From NCBI GenBank assembly GCA_016748015.1, contig JAAOMT010000480.1, positions 930,001 to 994,000 of the forward strand: DNA of 64,000 nucleotides, given 5' to 3'. Under the pieces are notes generated by a model. That model did no database searches. It was given only the letters and a program-made list of their open reading frames with translations, and had not been told where the DNA came from. Shown here in pieces: positions 36,425-50,063 of the stretch. Source of the DNA: Geosiphon pyriformis uo1. Lineage: Eukaryota > Fungi > Glomeromycota. Each line of letters starts with the position of its first letter. Position 1 is the first letter of the stretch. A program made the translations under genes and the position numbers.

Positions 36425-38911
36425 TTTGAACTTGGATTTGAGACAGCTGGCAGCTAGACTAGTTGGAATAATAATTTTATTCGATGTTGAGGGAATAGAA
36501 TAACTTTTCAAAGATAAATATTTCTTTCCTATATTTCTGAAATTATATTTTTTTTTTAAATTTATGTCATCATGATGAATGGGTCGTCTGATATAATAAT
36601 GATTTATTTTTGCTTTTTTTAAATTTGCAGCTTGACAAAAATAGCAGTCTATTTAATTAATTTGAACATTTTTTATTAAAAAATTATCTGAAATGGTATA
36701 AGCCGTTATTATTAAACAGATAGAATTCTGATGAAGATAACTTAGTTTTATAATTTCAGTTTAAAATTCTGAACCTCAAAGAAATTAGGATCCCATGTGC
36801 GTTTTCTCACTATAGAGAGGATTTTGCTTTTAGTGAAAGTCTTTAATTAATGACGTGAGATGAGTGTGAGAATTTGGAAATTTTCAATAGCTATGGTTTT
36901 TAAATACATGATCTAGAACGATGTGTCAAAAGAGGACCGTTCAAAATTGAACCATTCAGGTGAGTCTGCTACTTTATAACTATTCCTATTTTACTAGTTA
37001 GAACAATAAGAAATACAAACTTTTGGCTGCTCAGATTATTGGTCCGAGACGCTAACACCTGGTGAAAGATAAACGTTTGTAATTTTACTTGCTTAAGCAA
37101 TCACCTTCGCCGATATTTAATAAAGCGTCTCTCGCTTGGGTGATGATTTAAGATGCCTAAAGCAGATATAAAATAACACTCATCCCGCTTATAAGATATT
37201 TTGTGATTTCCAGGACATAAAAAAAATGACTGTTTTATTTTGTTAATTTAAATGTTGTTTTGAGAAGGTTTTCGTGAGTGCAAAACTGAGGGTGGGGGCG
37301 TAGAAATGTGGTCGACTTGGAATCGTAAATTGCCAAGATGAATAATGCTTGTTAGAAAAGGAGAAGGTATATTAGCCATCAAAAAGCACGGTGAGAATAT
37401 CAAGTATATTCTGATATAGAATTTTGTCCAGTGGAAGATTCAAGTAAATGAAAGTGACGAAGTGACAATTGAAGAAACCTCCCATTACAATTCCACGTGT
37501 TGTTCACCTCTCTTTCACATGATTCACAGGCTCAACAACAATGAGCTTCCAAACACCAAATCTGTCCTTTAAATATTATTGTGCCCCTGGAAAGATGTAA
37601 TTATATTTTATGTTATCTAGTGTTTTTTGAACTTTTTGTATGTGTGTTTATAAGTTGCTGACAATGTTCTTGAGCTTAAAAAAGACCTTAGCCAATCAAT
37701 TGAGAATTTAATATGGTGTTTGCAGAAAACGATGAAACAATAAGTCGTTGAATTTAGAAGTAGATATATCTGCAAGGATTCAGTTTGCTATCAAAAATTA
37801 GTCTTTGATAACCAAGATGTCTCCTTGTGTCGCGTTTTGATAAGAGTAGATTTTTTTGAAGGGAATGTTTTCATTTGATGATTGGACTATATTAAAATAA
37901 TAATCAGCTTTATATGAAACAATACATGGTTATTTTTGAAATTCAGAAAATGATAAAAAATTTCAAAACTATAAAGCTTAAAATCATCTTTATTTCGTAA
38001 TAAAACTACAAATAATAATTCATGTATTTTGTTTAAAATATGTTAATTTAAGATATTTTATTCTTTATATATTTTGCTTGAATTACTTTTTTATTCATAA
38101 CTTTAATCAAAGTGTGAAAATGCTTACCAAGAGGATTCTTTAAAGAAAAAATTCAAAAAAAGATATGATAGTTCCATAAAATGATACATATTTTTATCTT
38201 TTAAAAATATTTGAACAGTTATTTGTAGGATTTATTAATATTCTTGTTATTAAATAAGTTGAGAGGTCCTCAAGCTAAAACAATAAATGCAAAGAGGTAT
38301 ATCACTTTCAAGATAAGTTTCGAGGTTTTCAATTGACAATATAATTGTTTACTAACTAGAAATATAACTTGAGAAAAGATTTATCTTTGATTATAAATTC
38401 TCGCTTTGTAGGCGCACAGATTCTAAAATTAAGAATTAGTAAAGATTTCTTTTGATTACTCCAAAAGCACAGAAAACACTAAGAGACGTGTATAGAATTC
38501 TAATCGAAATGATATCTACCGCAAGTTGTAGGATGCTTTTAAAGCCAGTATTCCTGTCACATTACTCTTTTATACGTCCCATTCTAATTGTTTGGATTTT
38601 ATTTGGCGAATTCAAAGTTAGTAAAAATCCAGTATCAGTCTTTACAGTATGGTTTTATACTTAACCGCTTTGGTTTATTGCAGAAATAGTTGCATTTTAA
38701 TGTTTCTCGGTTCAAACTTGTGAAGGAAAAATTCGTTTCTAGAAAAACAGCATAGAGCGCTCGATTGAGAAGTTCCAATAACCACAGAACAGAAAGATCC
38801 GTTGAAGTATGGTATTTTGATATAACATATTGACACTTGATATATCTTATTTTGTTTTCATCCAGAATGTACTGAGTTATCTCTGTTACTTATCACTAAA
38901 ACGCAACGACT

Positions 38912-40482
38912 TTAAATTAAGGAGAATTCTTGATCAGCAGATTGATATAAAGGGTCTACAAAAAAATCCTCATCAAACTCTTGAGGCAATGTCAAAATAT
39001 GACTATGATAAATCGCCAAAGAATGTGAATTGGACTTTTCTGGGGGAGCATATGTTTCCGAAACTTTCTTAAACACTTCAGCACTTTCCTCAAATTGTCT
39101 CAAAGCTTCTTTTGTCTCCGGATATTCAAAATTCACATCAGGAAAATTAAGAGCCAAATTCCAATCTTCTAATATATCTCGCAATTCTAATGCAGTTGGA
39201 CGTTTTTCGGGATCTTGATGCCAACATGATGTCATAAGTTTCACGTAACATTGAGGTGTTCCTTCTATTATATCCGGGCGTCTCCCATCCCATATTTCAA
39301 AAACTAAAAGGATAATGAATGTAAAAATTGTTAGGGATTCTTCTTCAAGAGCAAATAAAAATTTCAAGACCGAAAAGCAATTACCGAGGCTAGCATCATG
39401 TGGTACATTGTAAAATGGTGGTTGGCCTGAAGTAATTTGCCACATTATCATTCCTAATGAATATATGTCTTTTTGTTAAGTAGAGATGAACCGAAAATAA
39501 AATTTATAATATATAAAAAAAAAAAAAGCGAGGAACCGAAAATAAAATTTATAATATATAAAAAAAAAAAAAGCGAGGAACAAAAGATTTCAAGACCATT
39601 TACCCGCTTTTTTTGTATATGGCTTATTTCTTAGAACTTCAGGAGCTATATAAGGCAGAACGCCACAAATATCCTCATTTTTTTTCCCTTCTTCAACTGC
39701 TCCTAAATTTTCAAAACAACTCTGTCCGAAATCAACAATAGTGGGTCCATCATAGGATAACAACATATTCCCAGGGTGTAAATCTCGATGTAGTAAATCA
39801 ATTTTATGAATGAACCAAAGATTTATACAGAGCGACCTCATGAAACGGATTTTTTCAGGCCACAAAAATGTTGTAAAATTTTTTTCCAAGTATTGTCGTA
39901 GATCCCCGTGCTCACAATACTCCATCACCAGTAGGTATCCGAATGAGTTTTTTGTGATTCCAAGAGGTGAAATTTTGTTCACGTAGTTTACGCGGTCATG
40001 AAGATAATATGCATTTAACTTTATTCAAAAATAATTGATTGAAGACAGAATATCAGGTTTAAACAAAGTCACGGATATCAACAACTTAATCATAAGTTAC
40101 AAACCTCATGGAAAACTTTATTCGAATCATTCTCAAGAGGTAAGGTTTTAAGAGCAACTTGTTGCGGTCCCTTTCTCAGCCAACTTTTTGTTTCTTTATC
40201 CCATTCGGTGAATTCTCCCGGGCTCCAAGTTGATTTATAAACTGTCCCATATCCACCTTGACCAATTTTTTCCACAGATTCAAACTCGTCGAACGGGATC
40301 CACATGAAAATAGAATTAATATTCAATGATTCGAGGTTGTATTTTTTAATGAATTCATTCAAAGGTTGATAATTCGTGCTAGCCCAAATGTATTTTTGTA
40401 TTGAAGATAATTTTTCTTGACGACAGATATTACACAAAAAAATGGACTCCGAACATTTTGGACAGGCATCTATAAGTGACAT
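38912..40482 (-). CDS. Tyrosine-kinase-like (TKL) Ser/Thr protein kinase of the Glomeromycotina-expanded type
   Basis: Four exons. N-terminal CxxC..CxxC, WIPFDEF, GQGGYGTVY, VALK, HRDLHPGN, DFG, GVLPYIAPE, DIYSLG, CWHQDPEKRP. Confidence 0.92.
39488..39577. repeat. Tandem duplication of a ~45-bp unit inside kinase intron 2
   Basis: GAACCGAAAATAAAATTTATAATATAT(A)nGCGAG repeated twice. Confidence 0.85.
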
Positions 40483-43112
40483 GTTAATTTTTAGGGGTTG
40501 AGTAGAATTCAAAGTAGAAAAATCGCTTCAATCAATATATACTTCAATTAAATTTCAAATTTACAATTTTGGGAATACAAAATATATGTAATAAAACGAG
40601 CTTCAGGTAGTACCAATTACTTTAATTAAGTTTGATCCACAAAAACATCAAATTGTAAAACTAAAGAAAACTTTATTCGGCATTTAATTTGCCATGAGTA
40701 TAGTGATATGATTTTTATAAGCAATCTAACTACATATATTTTCTATTTTTTTAATCAATACTGCGCTAGATATACCTTATAAATTAAATCTTGAATAGAT
40801 TAAAATTTTTCAATTTTTTCCATGGGGAAAATCTAGTGTTCTTGTGAAGTAAACCCGGTATACATACTAAAAAAACAATATAAGAAGAAAAGAAATCATT
40901 GCTCTAAAATATATACTTACTATTATCTGTAATATTGGTATCAAATTAATCTCTATAAGTTTTCAAAGAGAGTTTATTATGAGGTTTGGAGCACAATTAT
41001 TGCCATAGTAAAATTTAAGAAGAAACCTAGCTATATATAATTTATTTTCAACAACGCAAGAATTAAAATCTTGACGTAAAGCAAGAAAATACAATTTTTT
41101 AAATCTTTATAACGCTTTGAGTTATATAAACTAAAAAAAAATCACGATTAAGATGGTTTTTTGTGTGAAAATAACATTAACCACTTTTGAACTTTTTTAA
41201 ATTTATTTTTTCCCGCAAAAAAAAAAAAAAAAAAAAAAAAAATATCCACTTTGGTGTATTTGGTTAATGCTTTAAAATTAATTTATGCAAACAAAGTTCC
41301 CGATTGAATCATAGAGCACTTTTAAAAAAGGATAAATGGGTAACAAATATTTGGCCTTTTTTTTTTTGGATGCAGCTATTCTATTTAAAAAACTTAGATT
41401 AAATATTTATAAGGGGCTTTCAGATTTTTTTTACATTTTTTGCTTTAATTCTGTTTTTAATTAAAAGACTTTTTAGGGGGTATAGAAAGAATTTTTCGGT
41501 CATATGCTTATGGTAAAATATGTTGAAAGAACTCCGGAGCTTCTTAATGCATATTTTTTTATGTCATTAGTATGCAGAATATGTTTCATAAAAACCTTCA
41601 CATCTTTCACTTTATTAGCTATCGTCATGTTCCCTGTTTTGTAATTTTTTTTTCTTTTACAGTTGATCTAATTGACATAATTAACAAATACACATACCTT
41701 CCTTATACATGTATTTCGAATTTCATTGTGTATGCAAATAGAAAACAGGCAAAAATAACGTAATTAGTTAGACTAGGCGTCAAAACATTTTTGATTTTTG
41801 ATCGCATAATGACATTAGTGATCGATAGATTAAAAAATCCCCATTCAAATCTAAAATATCAAATAAATAAATATGTCACTTCAATTATTGAAAATGATCA
41901 TTTTTTAGCCAGATGACCAATAATTAGAAAAAGGGGAATCAAGGAAGCTTTACTTTTGGAGATGACGAATGATGATGCGAAAAGCTTGACCATTTTAAAG
42001 TAGCCCCGTTTTTAAAAGCAACTTTTGCATCAAGTATTTCTTTCAACGATCAACTTGAGAATGTTGCAATCGGTTTCACAGAAAGTTTCCATCGTCTTAA
42101 TGAGTAATTATATGCTAGACAAAATATCGACAGTTTTTCCATTTTGTACTACTCCCTAATTGGATTCAGACAATTCCTTGGTATTTCCTGCGAATTAGCA
42201 GTTAAAAAGTTAACCAGTAAAAATGATAATTACTTGCTCTAGAAACTAGGATCGAACTGCATATGGGAAAAAAGCACAAAGACAAAACCTAAAAGGGAAG
42301 AATATCATGAAAACTAACTTCTGTATTCATGGTCACGCAATACTATTGCGACTTTGCATTTCAGCTCATACTAATGGAGAATAATCACAATGAAATAATT
42401 GTCCTGCGGATTTAATGTTTAAATGGGAATACCCTCTTTAATGGATTGTTATAATGGTAGAGATCATCGGAAATTAAGGAGAATCAAAATTTTTTTGCGC
42501 TTGTGACCTGATCAATTCTGCACACCGAAAAAAACCATCAATCCTTTTTCCGATCCCGAAATTCCTCTTTTTCTGTTAGAATCGTATTAGTTATTCAATC
42601 TCTCTCAAAAAATTCTTCATTTGAAAAGTAGGTGAGGTTATTTTCATCAGAAAAAGATGAACGCCAAAGTTGATTATTTTCCTCTTGGCTTTTAGATATG
42701 TTTACTTTGTCTTTTTTATGAAACAAGTTTTTGATTCAACAACTTGTTTGAAAAAAAAATTCCCGAATCAGCATTAAAAATCTGGGTACATATAGCGTAG
42801 TAACACATGAAAGAATGAAGTATGAAAAACCGAAACTAAAATTAAAGGACCAATCAATTACCCTTTCTAGATGAAAATTTAAGTAAACCAAAATTGGTTT
42901 GGAACGGTTCAAGTCCTTTGCAATGAAGAATAATTGCTTTTATAGAAGTAGAATATGTATAAATATAATTCAAATGATCAAGGCTCCCAATAAAAACCAT
43001 TGAAAGAAATAAAAACTGCAAATTTGTCTTTTATCTTTTCCGTTTGTTTAAATTTCTCTTCTTGAAATCAGAGATAATTTCTTCAAATTTAAAAATCTAT
43101 TAATAAAAAGAA

Positions 43113-45071
43113 ATGTTGCGACAGAGGATAAAGAAAAGTTCAATTAAAATATTGAACGAACCAATGAATTTTGACGAGAAAGCAGAAATATACAATACTG
43201 AAATGGAACTGTGGAAGACACAGGTTGAAGAAATGGTTCTGCTTCGTGAAAATGAAAGAAAAAGTTATCAAGAAACATTTATCATGAACAATGAGTTGAA
43301 AGAAGAAATTAGTCGTTTGAATCAATGGGTGGTTCACCTAAACAGTGCAAACAATCAGGCAGCAGACGATTTGACCAAAAATCTCGAAACCATATTGTCA
43401 TTAAAAGAAGAATGGGAGGAAGCAACCAAAAATTTCTGTGATGAAAAGTCACACTACAAACTTTTAAAAGAAAATGAAAGTCTAAAGGCACATATAAAAA
43501 AACTCGAAGAAGAAATTAGAACGTACAAATCTCGGCGACCATTCATATGCGATCAAAATACTGTGGAGTCAAAACATGATTTTTCACAGCTCCAATGTGA
43601 TCTGGAGGGCTTGAACGACTCATTACGAAATACTACTTCACTCAAAAATCCAGATTTCAGAATTCATGAAGAGGCGGCGAAACGGCTCTTAGATAAGTAT
43701 GATGTAAAATACTACCCAGGTGAACCTTTACCAAGAAATCTGGTTAGTGCTGCTATGCAACGCCACATAATCGAAACGGTTCTACAACGAATGAACGCCC
43801 ATTTTGATCAATCAGATAAACTTGATCGATCGGCAAAGCCAATAGTTTGGCGCTCGTTGGTAGGAAAAATGGAGGACCCAAAAAAGGAAATTTCAAAGGA
43901 ATCCATGCACGATCAACAAATTATTGCAATGATGGGATCAATGGCTGAACATCTCAGCTCTTTTGCCGAATCAAATCCTGCTGCCCATTCAATTGCTGAG
44001 AAATCTCGGATCCAACTACGCCAACTCATATTCAATCTACTGGCCTCTCGAACCTTGGAAAATTCATCGTCCGAGACCGTGGACTCAATTTGCAGAGAAA
44101 TTTTGGCGAACTTGAATGAAATCCGTTCGATCACAGATATCCAACAAAAACAGCTTTTGGCACAGCAAGATAGAGCAACGATTCGACAATGTATTTCAAC
44201 AATTTTTTTCAAACTGGCATCTCAATATCCACCTTTGCATATTGAATGGCTTCAAAAAAGATTACCTGTTGACCCTTCTATCATGGATATCACATCGATT
44301 GAGGATGATGAGTCCATTGAGATTTGTTCTTTCCCTTTGATAAAGGTCACCGAAACTGGTGATATTGTGTTTAAAGCCCATGTTGAGACTTCCTCTGAAG
44401 GCACTAAATGTGGGGACGACTTAAGCCACATTGAACAATATTCGGATGTAGTAGTTGACGCTACTCATACCGAGAATACCAGCAATACTTTTATTGAACC
44501 AAAAAAAGATACAAAAGAGATTTCGAAAACAGAGAAAGATCTCGAAACAGAAGGTGCTTAAATTCGAGTATTCTTTGTTGGTATATTGAGATAGAGAAAT
44601 AAATTTAAATACGACCCAAATTTACTAAATTAGTCATTTTTTTATATTTTATAGTTGTCAAAACTCCAGCACCCAAGATTTGCTTCAAGATTGCACGAAA
44701 ACTTGAACGGAAAAACAGTAAATTAGTAAAAAAGTAAGTACGAAAAAAGCGTCTTTGTTTCGGTCCTTTTAAAGTTAAAGCGTGTAAAACTGATATCTTA
44801 CAATCCAAAATTTTTTAGTGATGATAAGCTGATTCCTTTTAATACCCCAGTCTTAAAAAAAGCCCAAAATCCCACGCATAAATATGTCAAGCGATCCAAT
44901 ACTGCACCACCTATGCAACAACAACAACCACGGCTTCAGAAGTCATATATCAATGGATTAGCCAGTTGGGCAACAACATATGTACCACCATCTGTTCAAA
45001 CATGGGCAACTTCACATGTACCCCCATCTATCCAATCAAAATTCGGGGAATATATTCCCTATTATATTTAA
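43113..45071 (+). CDS. Coiled-coil protein with the same unnamed domain as 24607-26214; C-terminal Pro/Gln tail
   Basis: Exon 1 43113-44552, plus exons 44655-44734 and 44819-45071, which splice in frame (VVKTPAPK..LVK|NDDKLIPF..MQQQQPR..WATTYVPPSVQTWATSHVPPSIQSKFGEYIPYYI*). Confidence 0.8.
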
Positions 45072-46692
45072 TTGTGCTTATTTGAATTTCATAAATTTCG
45101 GCTGCTGAATAGCTTAGGTCACAGTTTAAATTAGCGATGTCAATATCATTCATCTCATTTTTTAGTAAAACATTAGAATTATTTGTAAAGATATTTTTTA
45201 TAATTGCCAAAGGCAAAAAATACTGAGGTTTTTCAAAATTGATCCTTGTACAAATCTGCAGGCTTGATTAAAACTTCAACAAAAAAAAAGTGAATTAAAA
45301 TTATAAAAAATCACAAATTGATTCATGAAAATAATTATACAAATAAATGGCAAAATATTTTAAATTCATCATATTAAACCAACTTATTTTAATTTATAAA
45401 TTTACAGGTTTGTTATAGTCTAAGTTTAAGATTATGAATTGAAGTGACTGATTTTAATCAAATAAACTAAATTGTCAATTTTAGATATATTGGAGATAGA
45501 TCGGGGTTTGCGCAATTTCCGATAAAGTTTGAGATTTATGTGATTTCGTAAGCAGCATCATTTTTTTTGAAATATTTTTGTATTTGAACAATCATAAATC
45601 CAAAGTTTATTATTAATGACAATAGGTTTCTTGAAAAAAAAAAACATATTTTGTACAAGATAAAAGAATATATTGTGAAATGTTCAAAACAATACTTACT
45701 GTTCTGAAATTTAATACATTTACTAAAAAATTGATTAATAATAAACTTTTTTCAAAATTCCAAGTAAAAAATGTGTTAACCCTTTTTAAATTTCCATAAA
45801 ATAACAATTTTTTATCAAAATATTTTGCAATTTACATCTTTTTAGAGTCAAAGTGTCAAATTTTTTTAGCAGCAGCAAATAAAAATTAAAATATTTACAC
45901 TGAAAATATTTATTCAACACTTCTAAGCTAAAGAAAAATGAAAAAAGAATTCGACTCAATGAGTAGTTATTTTTTTTTAAATATTCTTCTACATTTGGGA
46001 AACTTTTCAGGTTCAAAGCAATAATAAAAGTTATGACAAATAATGCAAATATGATTAGTGCAGAAAATGAACGAAATTAAAATTGAACTCGATATTATGT
46101 AAACATGGCAATTAGAATCAATTTATTTACAAGAATAAAACATTGCAAAAAAAAATCTCAGACATAATATTTTAATGTCCTTAACTTTGAAAATAGTGAC
46201 AAATGGGTTTAAGGACATCATATAAATAATTTTGGAACCAAACAAAAATTTTAAATGAAATTTTATTCAAAGAAATTTCCAATAATTAATAATTATGTAT
46301 TCTTTTAATCAAACTTTAATACAATAGTTATTTTGATTTGGTGAATTTTATTTTTGTATTTTTATATGATTCAAAGTACAGGTTAAAAATTACGTTCTTG
46401 CAAAAATAAAAATAGGAATAATTGCTATAGAACTTGAAATAAAACATTAAAAACTGAATATAATCTAAGCAAATTGCTTATTAAGTAGTACAAAAATAAT
46501 ATTATATGTATTTATTATTTTTGCCATGAACTTGACAAAATTTATAATAAAAGATATTGTTAATGAAAATATTTTAATACATATAAACTCAATATTTATA
46601 ATATTAATTTAATTAAATATTTAAATTATTAAAAAAAAACAGCATAAACAAAAAATGTTTTGGATTTACAAAAATTATTGTCATTTTAATTT

Positions 46693-47376
46693 TTAGCATT
46701 TGTTTACCTTATGCTCCTCTTTTTTCTCTTTCTCGGATCGGAAATTGGCCAGAACATTATAAGAGCTCCATTCTAATTCTTGAACTGGTTCTCTATTCAA
46801 AAAGTTTTGATCCCAGGTGAAATAAGTTGCCGTTTGTGGTCCTTTTTCATTCGGTGGTTCTGGTGGAAAATGATAATGACAACAAAATGCCCCAAAATCA
46901 TTATCTTGCCAGAAATTATCACCTAAATCGTCATGTCCCTTTTCTTGCTCTTTTTCGTCGGGCTGTCAATCGTTTGATGCAAGATTAGGGATATGAATTT
47001 AAAGTATTTTAAGGGTGAATCTTATAATTGAAATGTAACTTGCCAGAATCTCGTCTGGCCAACTCTTTTTCCAGCCAAAATTATTTCTTGTTCCATCAGG
47101 ATTCCATTCCTCCTCAAACCATGGCAAATACTTCTCGCCTCGGCAATCCTTCAACAATTTCTACCATCCATAATGATACTCTTTATGTCTCTTAGCGAAC
47201 TTGACATACTTTGGGTTTGCCAAGATATTATGAACAATAAAAAAATATTCTTCAGGTAAAGGCCCGAGAGAAGGAACTTTTATATGCCTATTTTTCTTGA
47301 TAAATTCTCGAGTAGCTCGTCGCTCCAGCTCATAAAAAGGCATGAATTTTTCAAAGTTTTTAATAGTGAACTCCAT
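46693..47376 (-). pseudogene. Unknown Trp-rich protein gene interrupted by a single in-frame TAG
   Basis: MEFTIKN..HYGW*KLLKDCRGEKYLPWFEEEWNPDG..WPDEIL|(GC-AG intron)|PDEKEQEKG..FCCHYHFPPEPP..KC*. The frame stays open for over 100 codons past the TAG at 47161-47163. Confidence 0.6.
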
Positions 47377-49529
47377 TTTGAGAAAATTTTGATAAAAGTG
47401 ACTAGATGGGCGAGAATAAAAATTATTAGTTTACGAGTTTAATAATTGGACTTTGAGTCTCAATTAAAAAAGCAATTTTTTTAGTCAACACTATCACCAC
47501 CTTCACTATAAAGGAGCTGTATAGATGATTCTGCAGTCATTAAATAAAAAATTTTCACAATGGACAAATTTAAAGATTCGTAAATCTAATCCAAAATATG
47601 GATACCAAAAATTTCAATATTTTTCAAATTACTTGGTGGAAACATTTTTCACTATTTAAGTAACCTTCGCACATTCTATAGTAAACTTGAATCTATTGAA
47701 TAAATTCTTAATTTTGAAAAATCAATTTGATGCATACTGCATAATCAACCATATTATTTAATCCGTAAATGTATTCAGTTCTACTAATGTAGATAATAAA
47801 GGAACTTTTTTCGAGATTCTCTGAAATTTCAGAAAAAGCATGAGACAAATTCAATTAAAAAACCTTTTTAGAAAAATGAACATGTCCTATGAAAATCAAC
47901 GAGCATTTCTAATACATAAATGAAATTAATTGATATTACTACTACTCCTATACCACATTAAATTCAAGAAAATAGATGAGTGTTTGAAAGATCTACTCAA
48001 GCGTTAAAGTTCAAAAAATGATAATTTTTATGTATAAATTAATTTTCTTAAAATAATAATCTTGAGCTTATTATTATGCCAAGAATATTTACAACAACAT
48101 ATCAACGTTTGACAAATAAACTTTTTGATCAAATTTTTCTTATTTATCAGCCGAAAGAATTATTCGATTGTTTGAAGAAGCAATATTTTGAAATTTTATC
48201 TCTATTGAACTCAATAGTTTTAAAGATATTGCAATTTTTGAAATTTTAGGATTATGCTTTATTTAAATTATGATTATATATTTCTAATTGTGTAATTAAT
48301 TTATAAAAAAAAGCAAAACTGGGTACAATTTTATTTTTTAGGAGTAAGCAAATAATCAGCACCATTTTAATAATAGACTTGGAATTAAAATTATTGTTCA
48401 AATCCAAATTTCAGTTCTGACTTTTTTAATATATAAAATGTTTAAAAATAAATAAATATTATTTAGGAATAAAAATATAGAAATTGATTAAATAATTAAA
48501 ACTGTATTTTTTTTCCTTTAAAAAAATCACCAAAAAAACAACTATCAAATTGATTTGCTAATTTTCATCCCATTTTGTAAATTCAATAGTAAAGAGTAAA
48601 AATATATTACAAGTTAAAAAACAATTGTACCCGAATTCTTTTAAAAAGAAATCTATTTTTGAAAACTAAAACCATAACAAATTTGTAGGTAAAAGTAGAA
48701 TTAAAAATGATCAACATTTTAATTTTATTGGTTCGATCAAATAAGGGTTTCAAAATGTTTGTCAGTGAATATTTTCCACAATTTCAAATAGGGGAGTGGA
48801 TAATAATTCAAAGTCAATGATCTTGACCGAAAAAAAGATATAAATTCTCAAATTTCGTCAATTTTTTTCAGAACTTATGGAGCCGATTTCTATTTTAAAG
48901 AAAATAATGAGACTTTTTAAATAGGAAAGATATGGATTTCGATAGAAAAATGATTTTGATTCTGCAGAAATATATTTTTAACCTTTTTTTTCAAAATTTT
49001 TGTTGGAGGTCCAACGCGATTTCCAAATTTAAGATTATTAATCTATAAAAATATCTTTAAAGTATTGTAACACACACATACATATATACATACATACACA
49101 GATCACCTTCGATCAATAAGCCGAAAATATCACTTTAACTTTCAGGTGAAAGTTTCCAATCTATTACTACTTTTAGTTGGAACATTAGCTCCATCTATGT
49201 TGTAGGAAATTCTTATGCAAGAACTCCTCGATTTCTATAACTTATAATAAGAGGAGAGCTTAAAATAATCTACCAGTCATAATACTGTGAGGATTTCTTA
49301 TTTCCTAAAAAAGGAATTATTTCGAACACATTTATGATATTGTTCTATGCTGGATGTTTAACTGTTTTTTCCTATTAAATAAAACGAATATGAGTTTATA
49401 TCGTAACTAACTATTTATATACATTTTAAAACATATATAAAATGTGTGTGAGTGAAAATTTCCAAAGAGATAATAATTTTTATTAAAGCAATTTTTTATG
49501 ATTGAAACTCTCTTAACATTGACACCAAA

Positions 49530-50063
49530 ATGCATTTAACAAAACTCACTTTTCTCATGGCTACAGTTCTTATTCTAACTACTTTACTTGTCTTAATTCC
49601 CTCCGGCGTCGTTTCATGTGGCTGCTATGGTCCGTGTACCACCTCCGGAGTTTGTACCTACACGCTCGGTAAACCAGCAGCCAATTGTATCTGTGACTGT
49701 TGTCCAGTTTGCAATTCATGTGCACAACTTTTCCAAGGCTGTGCACAAGGGGCCTATTATAAAAATTATCAACTTACCCTAGACCCTCCAATCACCTCAC
49801 CATTTAAAATTGGCAAATCAATTGAACCTAGAACCGTGATTTCACAATCAACTGATAAATGGACAGCTTCCATGAATGGATTTGAATTTTGTATTCTACC
49901 AGAGTTACCAAAAGGATTAAGATTTGGATTGAATGATAGTGTTTATCAGTTGTCTGGAACTCCAGAAGTGGTGGCTTCTGACACAACCTATAAAGTTATT
50001 TTCAAAGGTGGTCTTGAATTGTTGACCACCTTTTCTTTCACTATTTCTGTCATTAATGGTTAG
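49530..50063 (+). CDS. Small secreted Cys-rich protein with a C-terminal putative Ig/cadherin-like (He_PIG-type) domain
   Basis: Intronless 177-aa ORF. Signal peptide, 11 Cys within about 42 aa, then LPKGLRF..LSGTPE..TYKV..FSFTISV, typical of putative-Ig repeats. Confidence 0.85.
   Translation: MHLTKLTFLMATVLILTTLLVLIPSGVVSCGCYGPCTTSGVCTYTLGKPAANCICDCCPVCNSCAQLFQGCAQGAYYKNYQLTLDPPITSPFKIGKSIEPRTVISQSTDKWTASMNGFEFCILPELPKGLRFGLNDSVYQLSGTPEVVASDTTYKVIFKGGLELLTTFSFTISVING

Noticed and set aside
37270-37600. Possible spliced gene fragment (NFVQWKIQVNESDEV..)
   Set aside because: Intron-like segment present, but no consistent start or frame and no recognisable motif
41930-42300. Possible sixth family B relic on the minus strand (AG|GNTKE..DILSSI..CKSC)
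   Set aside because: Multiple stops, weak resemblance, no recognisable TM2 [DE]xxx[RK] exon; cannot be supported without a profile search
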